DNA of 64,000 nt from positions 256,001 to 320,000 of the forward strand of contig CAXWPH010000012.1 of the NCBI GenBank assembly GCA_963666055.2, read 5' to 3'. The notes under the pieces are model-generated. The model was given only the letters and a program-made list of their open reading frames with translations, searched no databases and had not been told where the DNA came from. The position numbers and the translations under genes were made by a program. Below are positions 40,763 to 49,094 of the stretch, one piece after another; within the stretch, counting starts at the first letter, position 1; every line of letters starts with the position of its first letter. The stretch is from Acidobacteriota bacterium (GTDB lineage Bacteria > Acidobacteriota > UBA890 > WLXD01).

Positions 40763-41193
40763 GCCTCACGGTACTATTCCTGTGTACCGGCAACTCGTGT
40801 CGCAGCCAGATGGCGGAGGGCTGGGCGCAGCACCTCAGACCCGACGACCTCGTACCTTACTCGGCCGGGATCAAGCCGCAGCATCTGGACCCGGACGCGG
40901 TGCTGATCATGCGCGAGGCGGGGATAGACATCTCTTCCAATCGCGCCAAACACGTCGATGAGCTCGCCGCGGTCGACTTCGACGCCGTCGTCACCGTCTG
41001 CGGGCATGACGAAGAGCACTGCCCAAGGTATCCGCGATCTACAATCGTGCGGCACTTCTACTTCGATGATCCGCCGAAGTTGGCAGCCGTCGCGTCATCG
41101 CGGCACGAAGCGCTGCAGCATTATCGGCGGGTTCGCGACGAGATTCGCGAGGTCGTAGCAATACTCCCTGAGATGCTTTCTGCGGCACGCTAG
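40759..41193 (+). CDS. arsC: Thioredoxin-type arsenate reductase / LMW-PTP fold
   Basis: LFLCTGNSCRSQMAEG, VTVC....EHCP, FDDP; ATGA overlap with phhB. Confidence 0.9.
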   Translation: MSLTVLFLCTGNSCRSQMAEGWAQHLRPDDLVPYSAGIKPQHLDPDAVLIMREAGIDISSNRAKHVDELAAVDFDAVVTVCGHDEEHCPRYPRSTIVRHFYFDDPPKLAAVASSRHEALQHYRRVRDEIREVVAILPEMLSAAR

Positions 41194-41551
41194 CAGGCCG
41201 TGGTGAAAGTGTGGTGGGTCTGGTTACGGCGAGTTGGGGCCAGATGCAAGGCGGCCTGACACAGGCGATGCCCTAGCAGGCCGTGGTGGAAGTGTGGCGG
41301 GCCTGGTTGCGGCGAGTTGGGGCCAGATGGAAGGCGGCCTGACACTGGCGATGCCCTGGCCATCGTCGAGAAAGGCCAACGTCGCAGATGGCCCCAAATC
41401 ACCGTAACCCTTTGGGCGACAGGGGGTTGCGCGCGTATGCTGCGTCGTTCCTCGTCAACGATGGGGTAACCGTCGCCTCCTCCTCTCTCCTTGCCTCCAC
41501 TTCGCAAGACCCTGTCGCCAGATCCACCACACTTTCACCACGGCCTGCTAG
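41190..41551 (-). mobile_element. MITE family A: 87-bp partial copy (41190-41276) plus full 279-bp copy (41273-41551)
   Basis: Reverse complement of 20823-21101 with scattered substitutions; the partial copy ends exactly at the element's internal CTAG. Confidence 0.9.
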
Positions 41552-42063
41552 CGCCGCAACTTGTTGCCGTCGATACGCTCCAGGTACTCGCGGCCCCGCT
41601 GCCGCGCCGCACGCGCCTCGGCACTGGTCGTCGGTCCATCATCGGCTGCCACCAGCTCACGAAGCGCCGCCTCCGCCAACTCCAGACGAGTGCGCAACTC
41701 GGCGAGATCGCCAATCGTCGCCATCGCGCCAGCCAAGCGCTCGTACTTCTCCTCCATCGTGTGTCCGTCCCAGGTGGATTCGTAGGGCGGCAGGTCACGA
41801 AAGTGCCGTGCCTGATCCCCTTGGAAATGCCACGATGCCTGCCCGGTGGGCAGATCGATGTAGACGCAACCGTGCCATTGCCGATCCGCGTCGTCGATCT
41901 CGGTGCGCTGTACGCCGGATGGGAACAGCCTGGCAAGCGCAGCGACGAGGCGATTGCGCTCGTCATACGCAGCAGCCTTTGCGGCGCGCAGGCGTTCGAC
42001 TTCTGACCTCAAGCGCTGTGACCGGACGCCCTTCCTGTCGTTGATTCTGTGATCAGCCACCAT
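41548..42063 (-). CDS. WDGH-motif protein (phage-associated type)
   Basis: AY.ERNRLVA.L, W..CVYIDLPTGQASWH, WDGHT.EEKYERL. Confidence 0.75.
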   Translation of the reverse strand: MVADHRINDRKGVRSQRLRSEVERLRAAKAAAYDERNRLVAALARLFPSGVQRTEIDDADRQWHGCVYIDLPTGQASWHFQGDQARHFRDLPPYESTWDGHTMEEKYERLAGAMATIGDLAELRTRLELAEAALRELVAADDGPTTSAEARAARQRGREYLERIDGNKLRR

Positions 42064-42171
42064 CGTCGCTTCCCAAAACCGTCGCCCTCAACATCTCCTC
42101 TGCCGATTCTTTCTGCTTTGGTACGCGCTGCCTAGCGACCTAGGATTTGATGATTGTCTATGGAGAATCGC

Positions 42172-42528
42172 ATGGCACAAGACTTTCAACAGCCTCCGTC
42201 GATCGGAACAGCACCGGCGGCAGCCGAAAGCAGGGTCGATCAAGACCCGGTGTTGCTACGGTTACACGCAGCGCTAAAGGGCCTCGATCAGGCCATCTAC
42301 GAGGCGCTGCGTGCACTCGACATAGCGCTTGGTCGTTCTCCTTCGAGTGCGCCTCCGGCAGCTCTGCCGTATCGCGAGCTCGGTCGCCTCAAGGACCATC
42401 TCCATAAAGTGACACCCGGTCCGACCGAGACAGCGCCGCGTTCTCTGGGCGACATGGCGCTCGACTGGGACGTCCCCGACGACGATAAGGAGAATTCGGA
42501 ATCGGCATCGGACTCTGACGCCTCCTGA
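42172..42528 (+). CDS. Hypothetical protein
   Basis: GGAGA RBS before ATG 42172; helical core and acidic tail. Confidence 0.55.
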   Translation: MAQDFQQPPSIGTAPAAAESRVDQDPVLLRLHAALKGLDQAIYEALRALDIALGRSPSSAPPAALPYRELGRLKDHLHKVTPGPTETAPRSLGDMALDWDVPDDDKENSESASDSDAS

Positions 42529-42581
42529 GCACGCCAGGGCGACCACCGAGCGGGCCCATCGCGACGTGCCCCCTTGGTCCC

Positions 42582-42614
42582 TTAGCAGGCCGTGGTGGAA
42601 GTGTGGCCTGTTAG
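42582..42614. repeat. Mini MITE A (both ends, 33 bp) forming a hairpin between convergent genes
   Basis: TTAGCAGGCC-GTGGTGGAAGTGT-GGCCTGTTAG. Confidence 0.7.
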
Positions 42615-42625
42615 AGCCGCACTAC

Positions 42626-45112
42626 CTACTCGGGCGGTCGATCGGGGGGCTTGGGTGGAGGCGGCATCTCATCGCCGGCTTCCGTAGGCTGCACCATTTC
42701 CGTTGTCGAGTCCCGAGCGCCCCGGCCCCACGTCATGAGCTGCTCGCCGAAGCTTCGCAGGCGAGCGTACACACGAGCGTTGATCGAGTCGGGGGTCCAG
42801 TCGCCCTTCTCGTCGCGCTCCCCGGCCGGCACCCCGGTCAGGATGCTGATTCCCTGATCGACGTGATCGACCGCCCAGACATTGAACGTACCGGCGGCAA
42901 CCGCATCGACCACATCCTGGCGCAGCATCAAATGCTGCACGTTGGCGCTCGGGATCATCACGCCCTGCTCGCCGGTGAGGCCCCGTGCAGCACAGACGTC
43001 GAAGAAGCCCTCGATCTTGTAGTTAACACCCCCGATTGCCTGTACTTGCCCACGCTGGTTGACTGATCCGGTCACCGCAATGCCCTGCTTGACGGGCACC
43101 TCGGCCAACGCCGATAGCAATACGTAGAGCTCGGTGCTTGATGCCGAGTCACCAGCGATCTCCGAATACGACTGTTCGAACGTCAGCGCTGCCGACAACG
43201 TGAGCGGCTGATCCTGAGCAAAGCGATCGCCCAGAAAACCCGTAATGATGAGCACGCCCTTGTCATGGGTAGCGTGGGACATGCGCACTCGGCGCTCGAT
43301 GTTGACGACACCGCTGCGACCGAGATGAACGGACACGGTGATTCGCGTTGGTCGGCCGAACAGGTAGTCACCGAGCATGTGCACAGCCAGACCGTTGATC
43401 TGTCCCGCCACCGCGCCGTCGGTATCGATAAGGATGATCTCGCGCTGGATGAACTCCTGTACCCGCTCCTTGCTGAGCGACGCACGAAACTCCGACTCCT
43501 CCACGGCGCGTTCGACATGTCGGTCCATGACCGGGTCCGAGTCATCCTGACGGGCCCAATAGGCAGCCTCGCGGATGAGATCGTTGAGCTCGCCGAAGCG
43601 CAGCGACACCTTCTGCTGGTCCTCGACCTTGCGTGAGCTCTCGTCGACGACCGCGGCCACCGCACTGCGATGAAATTGGGGTAGATTCTCCCGCTCGACG
43701 AGCTGGGCAATGAATGGCCCGAATCGCAACAGCGCTTCCTCGTTGCGCTCCGCCTGATAGTCGAAATCGGCCTTCACCTTGAAGATTTCGCGGAACACCT
43801 CGTCATAGGCGAACAACAAGTGGTAATAGCGCGGGTGTCCGATGAGGCAAACCTTCACATCGAGCTGGAGCGGCTCGGGCCGAAGCGTCGACGCCGAAAA
43901 CAATCCGTAGCGCTCGGCCACGTCTTCTACCCGTACTTCCTTGTTTACCAGGGCACGCTTCAGCGCCTCGTAAACGAACGGGTTGCGTAGCACATCCTCG
44001 ATGTCGAGCACGAGGTAGCCGCCGTTGGCCTTCGCCAGCGAGCCGGCGCGAATCATCGTGAAGTCGGTAATCAGGGCGCCGAACTGTGCCCGGCGCTCAA
44101 TGCGGCCGACGAGGTTGGCATAGGTGGGGTTGTTTTCGACGATCACGGGGGCGCCGTCCGCGGCTCCGTTGTCGACGATGAGATTGACTTCGTAGCGCGC
44201 CAGATCGGGTTCCTGCCGCGGCAGGCGCAAGCCCGGAATCGGCAGCTGTGGCTCGTCGCTCGGACGAAACTGCTCGATGTTTTCGAGCACGTCTTGCTCC
44301 ATCCTGCGGAGGTGCTCGAGAACGGGGTCGAGATCCTTGTAGCGCGGCCGCAGATCGCTCATCAGCGTGCCGAGCACGTTGGTCGCCACCTGGCGGTTCA
44401 GGTCCCGGACCTCCTCCTTGAGCGCCTGGTCAACGTCCTTGATCTCGGACATGACCTCGCGGATCTTCCCCTGCAGTCCCTCCATGCGGGAGTCGAGCTC
44501 CTTGCGCTCGTCCTCCGGCATGTCCTGATACTCCTCCTGCGTGAGGGGCTTCTTCTCGCGGACGGGGATGGTGCGGAAACCCATCGGCGTGCTCTTGATC
44601 TCGAACCCCAGCTCCGCCGCCTCGCCCTCGAGCTTGTCCAGCAGCCCTTGCTTCTGCGACTGGAACCGTTCGCTGGTAGCCCGCTGCTGCTCCTCGTATG
44701 CCTTCCCCTCGAACGCCTTGGGAACCCGTTCCTCGAGCTCTTCGACCAGCTCGTTGTGGTCGTCGCGCAATCGCGCGCCCATACCGGCCGGAAGCACTAG
44801 TACGCGCGGAGAGTCCGTATCGTCGAAGTTGTGGACGTAGGCAACGTCGGGTGGCGTCGAACGCCCCTCGCAGCAGCGCGACAGGATCCGCCGCAAGATG
44901 GTCTTACGCCCCGTCCCGGGCGGCCCGGCCAAGAACAGGTTGAACCCGGAGCTGGATATGTCCAGTCCGAACTCGATCGCGCGCACGGCGCGATCCTGCC
45001 CAATGATCTCGTCGAGCGGTTTAACATCGGCGGTGGTCTCGAACGGAAAGATGGCAGGATCGCACGTATTGCGTAGCTGATCGGGTTTCAGCCGCAACGC
45101 ATCGGCGTCCAC
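42626..45112 (-). CDS. Lon-like protease (LonC / AAA_32 type)
   Basis: IIGQDRA, GPPGTGRK, GSL.KANGGYL, GQINGL, FEQSY..IAGDSAS (Ser), GGVNYKIEGFF (Lys). Confidence 0.92.
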   Translation of the reverse strand: MDADALRLKPDQLRNTCDPAIFPFETTADVKPLDEIIGQDRAVRAIEFGLDISSSGFNLFLAGPPGTGRKTILRRILSRCCEGRSTPPDVAYVHNFDDTDSPRVLVLPAGMGARLRDDHNELVEELEERVPKAFEGKAYEEQQRATSERFQSQKQGLLDKLEGEAAELGFEIKSTPMGFRTIPVREKKPLTQEEYQDMPEDERKELDSRMEGLQGKIREVMSEIKDVDQALKEEVRDLNRQVATNVLGTLMSDLRPRYKDLDPVLEHLRRMEQDVLENIEQFRPSDEPQLPIPGLRLPRQEPDLARYEVNLIVDNGAADGAPVIVENNPTYANLVGRIERRAQFGALITDFTMIRAGSLAKANGGYLVLDIEDVLRNPFVYEALKRALVNKEVRVEDVAERYGLFSASTLRPEPLQLDVKVCLIGHPRYYHLLFAYDEVFREIFKVKADFDYQAERNEEALLRFGPFIAQLVERENLPQFHRSAVAAVVDESSRKVEDQQKVSLRFGELNDLIREAAYWARQDDSDPVMDRHVERAVEESEFRASLSKERVQEFIQREIILIDTDGAVAGQINGLAVHMLGDYLFGRPTRITVSVHLGRSGVVNIERRVRMSHATHDKGVLIITGFLGDRFAQDQPLTLSAALTFEQSYSEIAGDSASSTELYVLLSALAEVPVKQGIAVTGSVNQRGQVQAIGGVNYKIEGFFDVCAARGLTGEQGVMIPSANVQHLMLRQDVVDAVAAGTFNVWAVDHVDQGISILTGVPAGERDEKGDWTPDSINARVYARLRSFGEQLMTWGRGARDSTTEMVQPTEAGDEMPPPPKPPDRPPE

Positions 45113-45118
45113 AGCAGC

Positions 45119-45289
45119 CTAGAGTCCGATCGCGGTGCGCCCGGCGGCGATCAGCGCCAACAGGACGACAATTCCGATGATCGTCTTGACGACCCAGCCC
45201 GAACCACCGCCCAAGACCATGCGGTCGTACCGCGCGGCGAAGTCGTCGGGCTCGCCGTTTACCCCCACTCCCGTTCGCTTGTCGCTCAT
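45119..45289 (-). CDS. 56-aa single-transmembrane small protein (not in the ORF track)
   Basis: MSDKRTG...WVVKTIIGIVVLLALIAAGRTAIGL*; GGAG/AGGA RBS; exactly fills the folE-lon gap. Confidence 0.65.
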   Translation of the reverse strand: MSDKRTGVGVNGEPDDFAARYDRMVLGGGSGWVVKTIIGIVVLLALIAAGRTAIGL

Positions 45290-45295
45290 CCGTTC

Positions 45296-45955
45296 CTACT
45301 CCTGTTGGCGGGCCGCATCTTGCAACCCGTCTTGATCGCCCCTGGTCGAGCTCGCCGGCCTCAACCAGGCCAGGCAATGATCTTGCAACCGCTGATCAGT
45401 GGCCAGACTACCGGCGAACGCTGCGGTACGCGTAACGCTACCGCGTTGGCGCCGACCGCGCGCGAACACACAAAGATGCTCGGCCTCGAGCACACAGGCG
45501 GCGCCTAACGCCGCCACTCCCGACATCAACTCCTCGGCGATCTGCTCGCCTAGGCGCTCCTGCATCTGCAACCGACGCGACAGGCAGTGAACCAACTCCT
45601 CGATGCGCGAGAGCCCGGTGAGGCGCTCGTCGGGCAGGTAGGCGACGTGCGCCTGCCCGAAGAATGGCAGGAGGTGATGCGCACAGACCGAGACGAACGG
45701 AATGCTGGTAACCGTAACGATGTCGCCGCTGCGCTCCGGCCAGGTGGGCTCGAGCACCGACCCCGGATCGATCGCATAGCCGCTCAACAAGTCGTTGATC
45801 CACGCCGCGGCGGTGTTATCAGGAGCCTCGCCCGCTGCGTCTTCCGCCAGGCCTGCGGCGGCCAGGAAGTGCGCCACGGCGTCACGCATCCCTTCCCGGT
45901 CGAAGCGCGACGCCGCGTCGACAGGTTGTGAACGCACCGGTGAATCAGGGGGCAT
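45296..45955 (-). CDS. folE: GTP cyclohydrolase I (divergent)
   Basis: SVCAHHLLPFFG.AHVAYLP, GLSR, RRLQMQERL, AEHLC...RG. Confidence 0.85.
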   Translation of the reverse strand: MPPDSPVRSQPVDAASRFDREGMRDAVAHFLAAAGLAEDAAGEAPDNTAAAWINDLLSGYAIDPGSVLEPTWPERSGDIVTVTSIPFVSVCAHHLLPFFGQAHVAYLPDERLTGLSRIEELVHCLSRRLQMQERLGEQIAEELMSGVAALGAACVLEAEHLCVFARGRRQRGSVTRTAAFAGSLATDQRLQDHCLAWLRPASSTRGDQDGLQDAARQQE

Positions 45956-46022
45956 CAGGCCCTCGAGGCGCTGGCGAACGCAGTTGGGGACTCAGTGCGA
46001 GCAGAGTACGGGCGCCCGTGGG

Positions 46023-46757
46023 TCATTGCAATCCGGCTCCGATAGCGTCGACGGGCGCCGCGACAAGAGCCTGTGAGACGGCATCATGGACGCGATCTCG
46101 GAGATCGTTCCGGTTGCCGAAGTCTAGACCTCGGGTCGGAATCGGGGAAAGAAACTCGATCTCAACGATCCCCGGTGTGATTGTCATGCTCCCCTTGGGC
46201 TGGATCCCGCGAGTGCCGCGAACGACCACGGGAGCGACCGGCACCTGTGCCTTGATGGCCATCACGAACGGTCCCTTCTTGAAGGCCTGCAGGCGACCGT
46301 CTTTGCTCCGCGTGCCCTCGGCGAAGACAAGGAAGTCGTATCCCTTGCGCAACGCCTCGGCAGCCAAATCAACTGCCCGCATGCCGCGTTCGCGGTCGTG
46401 GCGATGCACCGGCGGAAACTGCGCCGCGCGAAGCACGGCCCCAAATACGGGCAGCTTGAAGACCGCCGCCTTGGCAAACGCACGGATGTTCCGGCCGATC
46501 GCAACGAACACCACCGGCGGGTCGACGTTGCTGAGGTGATTCGCCACGAAGACATACGTGGCTTCCGGATCCAACCGGTCTCGCCCGATCACCCGAAGCT
46601 GGATCCCGGCGACGCGGAGCAGCCCGCGCGCGATCGGAAACGCGAGGGCGTACAGGGGCCGTGGCGAGCCGGTGATCCAGGCGGCCAACAGGCCAATCGA
46701 TCCACCGATCGGAATGATCAGCGCCATAGCGACGCCGGTGATCAGGGCGCGTAGCAA
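46023..46757 (-). CDS. plsC: 1-acyl-sn-glycerol-3-phosphate acyltransferase
   Basis: NHLSNVD, FAEGTRS, FKKGPF. Confidence 0.9.
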   Translation of the reverse strand: MLRALITGVAMALIIPIGGSIGLLAAWITGSPRPLYALAFPIARGLLRVAGIQLRVIGRDRLDPEATYVFVANHLSNVDPPVVFVAIGRNIRAFAKAAVFKLPVFGAVLRAAQFPPVHRHDRERGMRAVDLAAEALRKGYDFLVFAEGTRSKDGRLQAFKKGPFVMAIKAQVPVAPVVVRGTRGIQPKGSMTITPGIVEIEFLSPIPTRGLDFGNRNDLRDRVHDAVSQALVAAPVDAIGAGLQ

Positions 46758-46799
46758 GACACAGGAGCCCGTCGCGGAACTCTCATCGGCGGGGGTGAG

Positions 46800-46973
46800 C
46801 TAGTGTCCTGTAACAGAGGTTCGTTGCAACTTGTGGCGCGCCACCGAGTCGGATCCCAGGAGGCCCGACGACGGGAATGCTGTGTACATCGCAGAGGAGG
46901 GCGGACGTCGGAAGCGGCCGGTCCCACGGTCGCCCGGAGGGCTGGGTCGCAAACCTCTGTTACAGGACACTAG
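46800..46973. mobile_element. MITE family B (174 bp)
   Basis: Perfect 22-bp terminal inverted repeats including CTAG (CTAGTGTCCTGTAACAGAGGTT); the right CTAG is the tonB stop codon. Confidence 0.8.
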
Positions 46974-47758
46974 TGCAGTCTGTAGGTAACGGTGAAAACA
47001 GCGATCACCGGGACGGGCACACCATCCTTCATCCCCGGCTTGAAGACCCATTTCTGGATGGCCTCCATGGCGCGGGTATTGAGCTCTTCGTCCGGAAGCC
47101 CGCGAAGCAGGCGCGGATCGACGACCGAGCCGTCGACATCCACGACCGCCTCGATCCAGACCTCCCCCTGAATCCCCTTACGGGTAGCCTCCGGCGTGTA
47201 CTCTGGGTCCACCTGGCGCAATACCTGCGGCGAGAGAATTCCACCGTCGCCAGCCCGGAACGCCCGTCCGCGCAGCCCGCCGGCGCCCGGAATGCCCAGC
47301 GGATCGCCGATGGCGAATTCGTCGTCGAACTCACCCTTGTCAACATCTGACGCCTCGGGCTCGATGGGCTCCGGATCATCCGGCGTCGGATCAGGAATCG
47401 GCACCACCGAAGCCGATTTCCTTCTCTTCGTTTTCTTCGCCTTGGCGGGCGGCGCCGGCGGCGTGTACCGCTTCACGACCGTCGCCGCAGTGCGCTCGAG
47501 CTCCACGACTTCGGGCATTGCGGCGGGTATCACCAACAGGAACGCAATGAAGTGGGCGACGATCGCGAAGATCCCCGACTTCTTCAACGAGACAGTGCGC
47601 TCTGAGTTCTTTCCTTCGAGGTACTCCCGAAACACCTCCACACCGGTGCCGGCGGGAGCGGAAGGCGCGCCGGATGACTCCCGGCGCATTTTCGCCCACC
47701 GCCGAGACTTCTCGTCGCGGAGTTGAATTTTCGGATACCGATCGCCGCCGAGATTCAT
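46970..47758 (-). CDS. TonB-family energy transducer
   Basis: Transmembrane helix with His (IVAH), Pro-rich linker, PEYTPEA...IQG.V, W.FKPG..DG.PV. Confidence 0.88.
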   Translation of the reverse strand: MNLGGDRYPKIQLRDEKSRRWAKMRRESSGAPSAPAGTGVEVFREYLEGKNSERTVSLKKSGIFAIVAHFIAFLLVIPAAMPEVVELERTAATVVKRYTPPAPPAKAKKTKRRKSASVVPIPDPTPDDPEPIEPEASDVDKGEFDDEFAIGDPLGIPGAGGLRGRAFRAGDGGILSPQVLRQVDPEYTPEATRKGIQGEVWIEAVVDVDGSVVDPRLLRGLPDEELNTRAMEAIQKWVFKPGMKDGVPVPVIAVFTVTYRLH

Positions 47759-47945
47759 GGTTCAGATTGCCCGATAGACCGTTCGACCACCTATAAACGA
47801 TTATAGGTGGACGTCAGATGGAGGTCTATGACACGTTCCCACGGAGCGTTTGAGTGTCGCCTGTTGGGGCTGTATTCTCTTTTGCCAGATAGGAATCGAT
47901 GGTTTCGTCGGCGCGGCGGATGGCCGCCATTGTGGGGGACGACGC

Positions 47946-48224
47946 ATGGCTCGCGCGGTCAAGAAACGCCCGAAGAAACACTCTGCATCGATCGCCATCG
48001 TGCGTCGCCACGACTGCACAGGGTGCGAGGCCTGCATCATTTTCTGCCCAGTGGACTGCATCGATCTGGTGCAGCCGGGGGGAAACCCGGCAGAGAAGTA
48101 CGTGCTCATCGACAAGGAGACCTGCATCGGCTGCCTGCTATGCGCGCGGTACTGCCCGTGGGATTCGATCGACATGATCAAGCGCGAACCCTTCGACCAG
48201 ACTGGCGATCTCGTCTTCATATAG
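47946..48224 (+). CDS. 2[4Fe-4S] ferredoxin
   Basis: CTGCEACIIFCP and CIGCLLCARYCP. Confidence 0.9.
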   Translation: MARAVKKRPKKHSASIAIVRRHDCTGCEACIIFCPVDCIDLVQPGGNPAEKYVLIDKETCIGCLLCARYCPWDSIDMIKREPFDQTGDLVFI

Positions 48225-48263
48225 GTGCTGGTGCGGCGGCAGCCCCACCAGCACGCCGGCGTG

Positions 48264-49094
48264 CTAGGAAAGCCCCGCGACGACGCATTCTTCACCGCCC
48301 CTGAGCAGGTGCTCCCGAGCGCTGTCGTCATCGTCGCGCCGGTGATAAGCCTCCGCCAAGGCGCAATGAGCAGCGGGAAGCAGGTAAGTCGAGGTGCCGC
48401 GTAGCTCATCGACGAGCTGCAACGTGTTGATGGCGCGATCCAGATCACCGCGCTCGAGGTATTCGCGCCCGAGTCGGAGGTACAGATCTGGAAGCGGCGG
48501 CCGCTTGAGCGCGGCGGCAATGTACGCTTGAAAGGCAGCCTGGTTACGACCCTGTTCTTGGTACATGGTCCCGAGGTGGTAGTAGGGCGTGCCGACATCC
48601 GGATGAACCTCCAGGGCCTGTTGGTAGTAGCGCTCGGCATCCTCGAAGCGCCGCGCCGACCCGGCGGCCTGGCCCTCGCGCACTAGCATCATCGCGTACA
48701 GCTCTTTGACCCGCAGGTTATCGGGCTGGGCCTCGTACAGTCGCTCCAGGCTCTCGACAATGGGGGCAGCATCACCGCCGCGGAACGCCCAGGCCTCGCC
48801 GAGCAGCAATGTGTACTCCAGCCGCGCTTCGAAATCATCGCCAAACTGCTCGAGATGCCGTTGATACAGTCCGATCGCGCGCCCTCGGTCACGGTCGTCG
48901 GCCGCTTCGCGGGCCAACTCCAGCGCCGAGCGATCCTCCGCACAGGCAACTGCCAGCACCGCCGCAAGCAGGACACTCGACGGTGCAAGACGTGAGCAAT
49001 CGAGCCGCCGCGATCGCCGAGCCTCAAGGCTGCATGGCGTCTCAGCGCTGCACCGTGCCTCAGGGCTGCACAATGCGACTCTCGGACGACTCAC
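48264..49094 (-). CDS. TPR lipoprotein (true start probably further in)
   Basis: Lipobox LAVAC; TPR motifs YYHLG..Y and YLRLG..Y. Confidence 0.75.
   Translation of the reverse strand: MSRPRVALCSPEARCSAETPCSLEARRSRRLDCSRLAPSSVLLAAVLAVACAEDRSALELAREAADDRDRGRAIGLYQRHLEQFGDDFEARLEYTLLLGEAWAFRGGDAAPIVESLERLYEAQPDNLRVKELYAMMLVREGQAAGSARRFEDAERYYQQALEVHPDVGTPYYHLGTMYQEQGRNQAAFQAYIAAALKRPPLPDLYLRLGREYLERGDLDRAINTLQLVDELRGTSTYLLPAAHCALAEAYHRRDDDDSAREHLLRGGEECVVAGLS

Noticed and set aside
41190-41551. Repeated CTAGCAGGCCGTGGTG units as a CRISPR array
   Set aside because: The intervening sequences are homologous rather than unique spacers, the ends are inverted, and there are no cas genes.
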